From contig CAJINV010000004.1 in the NCBI GenBank assembly GCA_905178155.1, forward strand, positions 5,682,828 through 5,746,827: a DNA stretch of 64,000 nt, written 5' to 3'. Shown here piece after piece: positions 49,301 to 61,300 of the stretch. Under the pieces are notes generated by a model, which was not told where the DNA came from, made no database searches, and was given only the letters and a program-made list of their open reading frames with translations. The first letter of the stretch is position 1. Each line of letters begins with the position of its first letter. A program made the position numbers and the translations under genes. Source of the DNA: Amoebophrya sp. A120. Taxonomy: Eukaryota > Protista > Dinoflagellata.

Positions 49301-52300
49301 CCTCCAGCTCTTCCTTCAGACTCGGAACGTCAATTGTTTTGCTCGTTTTTTTCTTCTTCGCCCTCGTGGTCGAAGTAGTAGCAGAACCGGTCGCCGAAGA
49401 GATGTTGGCAGTAGTACTCCCCACAGCTCGTGCTCGAACCCGCTGCATTTTGGCAAAACAGTCCCGCGTCTCGGGGTCCCCGGGGAGAAAGACGAGCAGC
49501 TTCGCGCCCTCGCGTTGCACGGTTTCCAAGATTCGGGTGTCTCGGAACACCGGTCCGTTGCTGGCGAGGAGCAAGCGGAGCACAAAAGGGACGTGGGAAA
49601 AATCGAAATCGTTGTAGGAAGTGTAAGTGAAGTCGGTTGGGATAGCACTAGTAGTACCAGGAGTCTTACATTGCAACTCACGGCTTCTTGTTCGGCGCAA
49701 TAAAGAAACAAACTTTCTAGCTTCTTCCATCAGGTGCCACGGTGGAGAAGGACTGGATGCCGGAAATCTCGTCGCGCCTACTTGCACAACTCCTGGTTCC
49801 TGTGATGGAGGTTGTTTGTTTCGCCATCGAATATCTGTCATCTCCTCCAAGGCTCGTAGCGTTTCACTTTCAAAGTCCCGCGTCACCACCGGAAACGGAG
49901 TTCTGCCCTCGACGCAGAGCACCCGGCGGTCTTTTGGGTCGTTCTCCGGTTTTATCGGTATTTCGCGTTCACCTTCTTCCGGGAGGACGGGCGCTCCGTC
50001 GCTTTGCTTCGTTGCGACAGAACGACCGTCGTCTATAGCTTCTTCTTCATTTTGAGTTTCGTTTTCTGTCGCGGAATTAACAGGTGGTCCTACTTCAGCT
50101 GTGTCTACTGACGCGGCTTCCACTCCGTGGTTTACTGCAGGATCATCCTGCCGGTTGCTGGTACTAGAGTGTTTTGCCTTTCTTCTACCCCTTTTGGTGC
50201 CTCCGAAGCTGTGGAACCCGAGAGGTTCGAAATACTGCAGTAGCGCTTCCAGATTTGGCGTCGCGGACATCAGCATCAGCTTAATCGCGGCGTAGCGCGG
50301 GCGCGACAGATGGATGCGGAGGAAGCCAAAGAGCTGCTCGAGCTTTTCGTCTCGTTCGTGGGCTTCGTCTAGAATGATGTGCGTGAACTGATCCAACTGT
50401 AGTTTCATGATGTTCGAGACACCTGTTCCGGAGTTCGCTTCTGCAGCAGCGAGAGTGCTTGTGGCGAAAGCTGCCCCTCCTGTCGAAGTCGTAGCTGGGT
50501 GGTGTGGATCTGTCGGCGCGACGTGATCTTCCAATAGATTCATCGGGCCAAGATGTTGACCGGAGGGAGTGCTAGCTGCGGAGGTCATCGACACGGACGG
50601 TAAGAGGTCTCCGGTTGCTGTAGCTCCATGCCCCGACATGCTCTCTGCGAACAAGGGCCCTTGTCCGCTCGGTAGATTGCAGGCAGATGACGCAGGAGCC
50701 GTTGAAATCTGTTTGTAAAAGTACTCGGGTGTCAAAAAGACAATGGGCGCGATCTTCGGCCGGTCGGTTTCGGTGTCCCCGCCGATCCGATACGCCACAG
50801 GGGAGTTCGGATCCGCAAATAAGCCAGCACAACGATGAAAAGAAGCCGCAAACTTCGCTTTCCTCTCCCCAAATACCCCACACACGTCCTGGGCCAGGCG
50901 CGCGTAGATATGGATTGCAAAAATGTCTGGGTCTGGAAGATTTCGAGATTTCTCATGCTAGTTTGGCATTACTGTGAATTCTGTACTGCGTGACCACGAA
51001 GACCTCCTCTTGTCTGTCATGCAAAAACGATGTTTCTCGTGCGGAATATGCAACAGAGAGCCACGAGCAAATCTGTCATGCTTGGCGGTGCATTACAAGG
51101 CGCTTTCTGTTCACTGACATGCATCACAAGTTTCCAGACCCAGACATTTTTACATTTGATAGTAGAGGCTCTTGCACGTTTCCCGGCGTGGCTGCACCAC
51201 GGCGATTCGGCAGGGTTTTTTGCGTATTCATTGCAAAAGTATTGTATCGCACTAGTACAGATTGCATTACAAACTGGCTTAGCATTACAAATTGAATTTG
51301 TAATGCGGATTTACCTTGAGAAAAAAATTTGTAATGCATGACTGCAATTACTACGAGTACGATACTTTTGCACAGGATATTGCGCACACAAATCTCGTTG
51401 TGCGCAATCATCAACGCCACCAAAGTAGACTTCCCCGTGCCCGTCGGCGCTTTCAGTAGAGAAAAGCGGTTTGCGTTTACGAGACGCAGGACTTTGCGGT
51501 ATCTTTTCGCAACGGCAAGCTTCTTGCTTATTTGCCGATAAGGACCACCAGCATTCGTTGTTGCTGAGCCGAGAATGTGGGTATCAAAGCCACTTTGCAG
51601 GTACTGACAAAGGAAGTTATTGTTCACTTGGCTCTCTCGGTATAAACGGTCCCAGTACTGGCGCATGGTCGTTGCACTTGCCGGGCAGCTTGTAGAATAA
51701 GAATTGTGCAGCTGCAACTGCAGACGAGAGGCCGGAGTCGCGCCGGCACTGCCAGACGCGACAGAAGACAGCAGTGGCGCGCCATCTTCTCCTTGTAGTT
51801 GCCTGTTCTTTTCATCAACATCTCGCAAGCACATCGCGTCTTCCCCTTCTGAGCCGTCGGCTAAACTTGTACTTGTTGCGTCGCTGTCTTCATCTGACGT
51901 CGAGCTGTCACTCTCGCTGTCATCTTCGCTACTGTCTTCCTCGTCTTCGCCGGGCCTGCAATGGTCGTCAAGGCCGCGGACCAAACCGAGCATCTCACCA
52001 ATGATTCTTGGCGGTGGAGGAAGAGGAGATGATGCGAAAGAGCTTGGCGGAGAGGTCTCAGTCGCGAGAGCGCCACCGGCGTTGCCCTCGAGAGCAGTGC
52101 GTATTTCGCCATCTTCTACGTCGTTGCCAGAGAAGAGTTCTTGATCTTGCAGCAGCATGTCTGTTTCTATTTCCGACCTCAACGTCAACCGTTCGTCCGG
52201 TACCGGCGCCAGGACGTGGTGGCGCAGGATGTAGCAACAAAGCGCACGCAGATTGTCGGATTGGGTCAGGTTTTGAGCAACTTTACGAACTGCGTCGGCA

Positions 52301-55300
52301 AGAGATCGCTCTTCGGTAGCAGGAGGCAAAAATGGGTCCGAACTCGTGGATATTGTGTGTGCGGCCGGTACTTCTTCTATGCCAGATCTGTAGCAGTTGC
52401 TTCCGCGTGCTGTCGCAGTTCTATCTGGCGCCAGACCTAGATTCGGCTCTTTGTTTGTTCGCGTGTTTCCAGGCGCTTGCTGGTGCAAAGCAACCAGCCT
52501 GGCACACAACGACCCAAGACTTTCCACAGCTGACTTTGTCGTCAACATATTGATCGGCTGATGCCGGCCCTGCTTCGCGGTTTTTTTCTTACTGGTGGCC
52601 CTTCGCAAGTGTTTCTGTTCCTCCTTTTGGATCACATGGGCAGTGGCGAGTTCGAGCTTTTCGAGAAAAGTTGTGAGAGACGCTCGAATATCAAATGTAA
52701 AAATGTCTGGGTCTGGAAGAGTGCGAGATTTGTCATTGTCATGCACGTTTTGCATGAGCCATGATGTCTGTGATGCATACCCTAGCAATACAGATTTTTT
52801 GAAGGCTTCTTGATGCCTATTCCGCATGACAAATGCCTTGTCAGCGTAGCAAAAATTGCATTCCCTTTGGTACTCATGCAATACAGATTTTTTTGGAATC
52901 CACACGCAGCATCACAAGTTGCATTCTTCCAGACCCAGACATTTTTACATTTGATATAGAAGGAAGCTGCGGAGGCGAACTGGACTTTTACCATTTATTT
53001 CGACCTCGCGTCGAAACCACACTCGTTCGTCTACAACAAGGGCCAGAAAGTTGCGAACAAGAGCAGCCTCTTGGTCTACTCTGTGGCTCCTGACGAGAGG
53101 AGCATCAAATCTCGCCGTTCCAGCCCCCGGTGAGTTGTGCCACTGTGCCGGTCCCCGCGCCGTGGTCTCCTGGGAGGTAGAAGAGAAAAAATCTTGGTTC
53201 ATCGTCGAGAAGAAACAACAGACCCGGCTGCGAGTTGTTGCACTTCTTGTAGTACAACTGGCTCTGACGACGGTTTTGGTTTTGTTGTAGCTGCTCGAGT
53301 CATCGTCCATTCCGTTTTGTGCTTCATCGTCGCTCATAATCTTGCAGGACTTCGGTACTACATCAGAAACGCTTCCGTGCTGTTCTTGCGGAGTTTGTTC
53401 TTCGTTCGCATGCTCTGAGTGGAAGAACTCTGCTGGTGTAACATTTCCGTTTTGTTCGCTGTTTCCCGCGTCCTGGGGTGTGAAAATAGCCGCCAGATCG
53501 AAGCGGCGGAGGCCGGATGAAGAATCTTCACCTGTTACGTCACGACCCTCGCCTTCTCGATTCATCTTCTCGTAAACCACAACCACTTCGCGGAGAATCC
53601 CCTGCTCCAAGAGAGTACTAGCGTTACTAGCTTCACTTGTCCGCGCAACGGTCGGAGTCTTTCTCCCCGTCTCGACACAAGATTGCCTTTGATTTCCGTT
53701 GCAGGTTTTTGTGTGGAAGTCAATCAGACGCTGCTCGCACAGTCGAAGGGAAGTCGATCGCGATGCAGGTCCTGCCACTGTGCCTTGGTCTCCGTGCTTG
53801 TGTTTGCTGGAAAATAATGAGTCAGACTCTGACCGACTGCACCTCTTTGTATCCACTTCAATCGCCCCGCCACCTTCGTAATTACTCCGCCTTCTTCGGA
53901 TTTCGTCCTCTTCGTTGCCGGTCGAATAAAGCCGTTCCCTGTACCCCTCTACCACATTCCAACAGTCCCGCGCTGCATTCACGGCTTCCAAGTCAGCGCG
54001 CGTCAGAAAATCGCTTTCGTCGTGGAAGAAAAACGCGGCGCCGCGAATCCGCAAGCCAATCACCAGCTCTTCGATAGAGGAGGAAGTGCTAGGAGAACTA
54101 CCTTTTTCACTGTCCGATGCCGGTATCGAAACTGGTGTCCACACAAAAAACGCCAGCTCGGATCGCTTGAGAAACGGCCTGGCAACGGGGGCGACGATGG
54201 TTGTACTATGGCCACGAGGCTCTACTTGTCCTGATTCCCGTTTGATGTTTCTATGCGACGGGGGAACAAACCACGCCCAGCACTTCCTGGCCGCGGCCCG
54301 TAGGTCGTAGGTCTCGAGATCTCGAAAGTTCGGCGCGGTGAAACAGACGTCCAGGTCCGTGGCCCAGCGGGCGAGTGTCCTGTGGAAAAGCGTCCCCACC
54401 CCAGAGCTGTAATGCAAATCTGCATGCTTAAAATGCTTCTCATGCGGAGACCCATGGGAGGCGTTTACGTTTTCTAGTGGCTCATGCTCGAATCAGCATG
54501 ACAGACTGGATCTGTGATGCTGCTGCACTAGCTAAACGCAACTACATTGCGAGCCAAAATTTGTCATGCGCGACAGCCAAAGTGTAGGGATTTGTGTACC
54601 AGATTTCCCATCTTCACTCTGGTGTGGAAACGTTTTTACTCAGGATAGCGAGGAAGGTCAAGCAAACGGCTCTCCTAAACTCGAAGACACAAGCGTCGTC
54701 CATGGTGATGCGATATCAAATGCAAATATGTCTGGGTCTGGACGAAGGTTGGAACTTGTAATGCTGGTCTTGCATTCCTGTGAAATCTGTATTGCATGAC
54801 CAACAAAAGTGGCAGCCTCTCACGTCATACAAAAACGCAGTTTCTCATGCGGAGTCCATATGATAGAGCGTTGCGCAGACTTGTCATGCTTTCCTGCATG
54901 AGGAAGCGTTTTCATCGTGCACATTCTAGCATCACAAATTTCCAGACCCAGACATATTTGCACTTGATATGCGATCTTGGCGGAACAGGCTTCGCTTCGC
55001 GGACACGGAAAACAGCCAGGAGGAGGAATAGCCGTTGCTGTTGTCCTTACTGCAGCGTTGCGTCCTCGGGTCGACAGTGTTTCTCGTCTGTGAAGGGTGA
55101 AGTAGAGAACCCGCACAGCAGGCTTCATGATCTTCTTGACCGGACGAGATGTTTTCAGTTCTTTCCGGCACCTCCCTTGCTGTCTGCTCCGCCTCGTCAG
55201 GACGAGAAGGTAAACGGGCTCTCAGCAAAAATGAGGAGCTCGTTGGCTGGGTTACCGCACCATGTTGACTGCCGAGCGGCCCTGTAACGCCGCCACCACA

Positions 55301-58300
55301 TGACACAGACGAAGACGAGGTCGCAGCAAGAGAAGCAGCAACAGCTGGCCCACCTCTCGGACGATGGACATCAAACCTCATCGGCTCGAATACCTGTCGA
55401 CGATCCTGCAACTGGCGAAACCCGAGACCCGACCGCCTTCCCGCGTTCGCCGGAATGTAGCGGTCAGAACGGGGCGCGTGAAAAAATTGGGTGGAATTTC
55501 GTCCTGTCCCGTTATAGTCACTGCAGAAGCGGGAGTCCACACCGGTGTGCCACGCAAACCGGATATCCAGCGCATGGAGAACTGGAAACTCGACGTCTTT
55601 GCGCTTGGGCACCAGCGCAGGACGTTTACTATTTCCGACAAGGAGCGGACTAGCGTCAGACGCTCCTTCACGGCTGGAAGATGAGAGGTCCTCTGTCCTA
55701 TCTGCAGGAGCAAAAAAAGCCTGCATCTGGTCGTCGCCCGCTGCGGCAAGAACATGCTGCAAATACGCGTCAGCTGCCCCCGCTTGCTGCTCGTCGTTCT
55801 CCTCTTCGTCTAGGGAAGATGAAATAAACGGCTCTACTGCAATTTGCTGTTGTAGCACAGTCGCTTCTTGTGCATCTTCACTCCAGCGGGCCAACAGCTG
55901 TCCATCGTCCTCCTCTTTCCTTCCAAACCCAAGCACCAACCGCTGTGTCGCCAGACCAGCTGAGCTGGCGGAGACATTGGACGCTGCGGCGCTGTTGTAC
56001 CAATTCGCCCGCAGCTGATCGACAGGCCGAGGCTGCATCTTTCTTCGGAACATGTTGCAGTGCGCATGGATGGAAGGGGCAGGGCAATCAGCACCTGCCC
56101 GCAACGCGTGGTTTACCACCTCTTGCGCGAACACCTCGGCTGCTGCAGCAATTTTAGTTGTCCCAAACAGACCCGCGGTGGCGGCGCTACTCAATTCGGC
56201 GAGAAGCCTCTCGAAGTCTTTCTGTGATTGATCCATTGCTGCCCCTACAGCCACGGTTGACGGTTTCCATTCTTGCGGTCCTAACGTAGCACTGGTGCCT
56301 TCTCGTTCTAGCTCAGGAAGTTGCAGCCACAGGTGTCTACCGCTACCACGCGTCTGGTGTCCTGTGCTTGCTTCGATTCTGGTGACTCTCCCCTGCGGTT
56401 TTTCTTCTTCGTCATCAAAACAGAAATTTGAATTCTCTGGGTTCTCAGCAAGCCCACCTAAATACGGAGACCAGCGCTTGTCGTCTAGCAAGGCCAGTGC
56501 CTGCGCTTCCCGGTCCCGTTTCGCTAGCCACCCCACCGTCTTCGGAATGTGAGTACTAAAATTTGGAAGGCATACCGTATTTTTCGAGAACAAATGAGAT
56601 GATGTGTAAGAACCCGCTGCGGCAGGTTGGTCGACGTTTCTGGTACGGCCAACACGCCCGCCTTCCGACATCCTCTGGTCGCGCACCAGAACTGACCGCC
56701 CGAACGCGGCTGTGCTGTTTGCCTGGGCGGAAATAAAGGCTGCGAGCAAACGCTGCATCATCAGGGGGGTATCCTGTTCTTCGCATGCGTCTCCTGAGTC
56801 AACATCTTCGATTCTCTTGTCAACCTCCTGAAAGAACACTCCGCGAAACATATCGACGCTTTTTACTTGCGAAAAGTAAAAACCGGACTGGGTTGTCAAG
56901 AACCAGGATAGTTTATTACCTCTAGGTCTCAGCAAGCCGCTCCTTGTTCGTGTTCTTGCGGACCTGGTTCCGCTATTTCCCCGGCGCAGCAAGTCGTACC
57001 TTCTTCCCTTACAAGTCGTCGTTTGAGCTGGAGGCACAGGCCGGTTGCTTCGGAAAGCCGACGCCGATTCTTCTTTCGCTGCGTCGTTCAAAACCGGCAG
57101 CACTGCTGGTGTAGCTCGCCCGAATTTACATAAATGCAGGAGCCTGCGGAGCCGGTGGCTTGTCTTTTGTTCCTCTATAGTACCGCTGCTCAACTCATCG
57201 AATTCAGGATTCAAAACCCGTTCTTCGCTTTGCAACAAACCCTTAACACAGTGCTGGAGCTTCTGGATTACCTTGTAGACTTGCGGGCCGTTGAAGATCG
57301 CTGGGAAGCCGCAGCTTCTCCCTTGGAAAAATTTCTGTTGCTCGTTTTGGAAATAAAAGCGCTTCTTCCTTACCAGGGAGAATCTATTCGATGACCTCTT
57401 TTCCAACATCTTGAATGCCGTGGCCAGTCGCTGTTTTCGCTTTCCGCCCCACATGTGCCGGTGCCAGAGCCACAAGCACGTGATCACAACTATCCGCGAC
57501 ATCAGCACATCGGCGTGGAGGATGGACGAGGTGGCAAAAGATCCTTGGGAAGTAGAACCCTCTGCACAACCGGAGACCGTCAATAAGCCACCATTTTTAC
57601 TAGCAAGAACGCCGCCTCCTACGCTAAGTGCCTCGAACACGTCCCACACCGCGGTCGCTTGTGGAGAGCAGCGGCCAGCACCAATTCCTCCGAGCCGCAG
57701 CAAAGGCTCGCTTTGCTCTTCCAGAGCAGCTAAGATAACCAGCATATCGGGAAGCACCCCGAACACGTTAGCGTGAAAAGCCAGCCGCGCAAGCGCCGCG
57801 TCGATCGGGAGAGCACGGACCCAGGGAGTCACGCGCAGTTCGAGGAACTTGATTGAAGGCGTATGGGTTCTTGCAGGTGAAGAGGACGACCGGGGCTCCA
57901 GCTCGTTGTACGAGGAAGATGTCGGCGAGGAGAGACTTGTACTTTCCGGTGCTGCGACTTCATCTTCGCCTGCTGCAGTTTCTAGCTCTTCCGTAGCAGT
58001 TCTTTCGGTTTGGCGGGTAGGAGTGCCTTTCATCTTTGCGGGTTTTGCAGCCACCTCGTGTTCGATCGCCTCTCGTGATGTACCAGGTTGGGTCTCGATA
58101 GCGCCCTTTTCGTCCTGGGGCTCCTGTTTTTGGGACCGCACAAAGTCGTCGTCTGAGTCGCTTTCGTCGCCAAAATCGCCCTTCTTTTCAACAACTGGCT
58201 CTGCTTCATCCCGCACGAGGACGTCATCTTCGAAAACATCGCTGTCCACCTCCTGCGCCGGCAGCAAGGCAGGTATGTCTGCATCTTCACTTGCTACCAT

Positions 58301-61300
58301 TTTTCTCGTATTTTTCTTCATCAGAAAGCCAACCCGGATAAGGCGGTCCAGCAAATGCGCAAACACGCCGGCACTCCACGAAACGCCCGGAAAGCACGCA
58401 CGCACGCGCTTCTCGAAGGCATACAGATCGCCGCGCTCTACTTCTTGCTCGTGATCGTCGTGTACGTCAAGATTATGTAACTGGAGGATCATGCGAAGCG
58501 AAATCGCTTCGAGCGGCAGCTCCGGCGGCCTCTGCAAGGGCTGCAACAACTGCTTCGATAATTCTGGCGGACTTTGCACCGCAGTATCATCATCTGGAAG
58601 CACTGCCGTCTCGTCAATGGACTCCAATTGCGGTATGGTTTTCAGACGTGAAGGAGCTTGTTTTCGCGATGATGTTGCAGCTCGTATGGCAGCCGCGAAA
58701 AAGTCGTCCTTTCTCTCCTTTAGCAGTGGACATGCATTGTCTTGAATGTCCACATCAACATGCTTTTGCTTGCCCTCCAGTAACTCTCCTTCCCCTTCCG
58801 CGAGCTGTTGTCCCTCCTCCGCCGTCTCCCTCTCTGTAGTTTCATCGCCAGACTTCAGCTTCTTCAAAGCCCGACGGTTCTCCCTTTGTTCCATCGCCAA
58901 CAGCTGGTTGAGTGCCTCATTCAATTCTCGCCGAACATTATCGCAGTCTGCAAGAGGACTGCTCGTGGTCTCTCGCTCATCGGCTCCAATGATCCCGTCA
59001 TTGCCAGCTGTTAGAATCACCTTCCGCCAAAGGGACGTCGGGAACAGGCGCACACACAGCCCCGCACACGTGCGCCCCGTGCGGCCGGCGCGCTGCTCGC
59101 AGGTGGCCTTCGTGATCCAGGTGGTGGATAATACGTTGGAAGTCGCGGTTAGTGTGTCAGTGGACGAACTGCTGTTGTTCAAAGTACTCATCTGCTCTTC
59201 CTCTCTAGTACCAGAAACCGCCTGGTGGATGTTAAAGGGCTGTTTCGTCTTGTGCAGCCCAGTGTCAAGAACGACACCGCAATCTGGGATGGTTATGGAG
59301 GTCTGCGCAATGGTGGTCGCGAGGAAGATGCAGCGAAGAGGCTGAAACTTCAGAGTCAGGAGCGGAGGAGTGGAAGGTTTTGTAGTAGAGGCGTTATGGC
59401 TTTTAAACCCCTCACAGCTGCGCGTCTTCTCCGTGCAGCTGGTGTGGTTCATTGAGCTCGTGCTTTTGTTGTTGTTAGTTTCATCGCTGCTGCGAACACA
59501 GGACTTTTTCGTATTTACGCTCCGAGTTGTACATTGTCCTGTCAGAATGTTGAAGGAGAACAGCTGTCGTTTGTTGACAAGTCGAAAGCCATCTAACTCG
59601 TTTTTCCTGGTCAACTCCGAGCTGTGCATCACGACATCTCCGTCCGGGCCGCCTAAGGCATAGAGTAGTGTTTTCTTCCAGGCTGCGACCTCCTCCACCG
59701 TGCGCAGTCGTATAAATTTCTTCTGCGCGACGATCAGCGACTCGTTTGATGTTGATGTCGGCTTGGCTTTATCTTTGCTCGCAGAAGAATGTTCTTTCGC
59801 GAACCTGGACGAAGAGGCAGAAGACACGAGCAGCTCTCGGTGCAGCTTGAAGACTTTGTAGTGGTTTTTCCGCAAGAGGGAAGATTCCTCCCCATGATGC
59901 AACAACCCCGCCAAAGAGTTGATGTCCTTCATGCCCGGGAGAAAAACCAGAATGTTGGAATGTTTCCCCTGCAACACCGCGTTTGTGACGATCTCCCGAA
60001 GCATCTTCGCAAGGAGTGGCACCATGGCGTGTTCCACGATGCGCGGAAGAATCGTTTGCCACACGGAGGCCGTGACGAGGCGCTCGAGCTTTTGCTCTTC
60101 CAAGTCCTCTTCGAGTTGCGCGTAATCGTCTTGGAACAAGGTCGTGAAAGTAGATGAAGCAGCGAGGTTGGTGGTCTTGTTGGAAGTAGATGATCCTACG
60201 TCCGAGGATAAGTGTCCGCGAGACGATGTTGTTGACGCGAGGTTGTTGAACATCGGAGACGTGGCGAGCAGATCCGTCATGCACTGCTCTTCCCAGGAAT
60301 CCCCCGCCACCAACCGCTGCAGCTCTTTACCGGTTTGCAGCATCTCAGGCAGGTAGAACTTGTCAGTACTGCAAGGTGTTGACACGACGACCGAAGGAGG
60401 TAGTGCCTGAGTAGAACTCTCGAGGCTAGTAGAACTGCCCTCCCCGACTGGCCTCGTCCGCTGTACTAGTCTTGAAGAAGATGCGAATGCGTCAAATTTC
60501 TCCTGCACCTTCTTGGAAAATTGCTTCACTTTCGCCTCCAGACTCTTCGCCCGCAAGTCTGCCGCGAGCTCCCTCACCTTGGCAAAGCTGCTGCTGTTGG
60601 TGAAATTTGCAACACCCTCCAGTTTCGCGTCCACCAGCTTCTCCCCAAAGGCGAACACTTTCAGCAGCGTTTCGTACGAAAAATCGTCTTTTAAACCGGG
60701 GAAGCGGGAGAAAAGCTGCGCCTTGTCGTCTAGGAACACCACGTCCACGTCGTGCGGGCGGCTACCGGGAATCTGGAACACCAATTGGTGCAACGCCTCG
60801 CTTCGGAAAAAATCTGAGGAGTCTAATTGTATTTGATGTTGGTCTTTTTTCTCTAACTCTATTCTGGTCGCTGGCCCAAGATGATTTTTCGCGTCCTCTT
60901 CCTTATTCCTAGTTGGTACCTCCGTCCCGTTTTTGAGAGCATCAGCCTGGTTGGAACCAAGAACCTCGGGCGCGCACGTGTTGACGTCTTGAGCAGTGCT
61001 ATCAGGTGCAACCACTTCCTCATCTCTCTCAGCTCTTGGGGTGCCAGTTGTTGCAAGTGCCTCCTCGGCTCCTGCGCCAGCAAGTGAAGCAGGTTTTTTA
61101 CTACACCAACTTGTTCGCAGTAGATTGTCCAACAAGCCGTTTGGCTCGATCGTCGCCGACATGAGGATGACTTTGATGCCACTTTTCACCAGTCTTGGCA
61201 TCAGTTGCTTCAACGCCCACAGAACGGCACTCGCCTCGGGGCTGGACTCGTGCATCTCGTCGAGAATGATGTGCGTGTAAGGAAGGATTTTCTTTTCATG

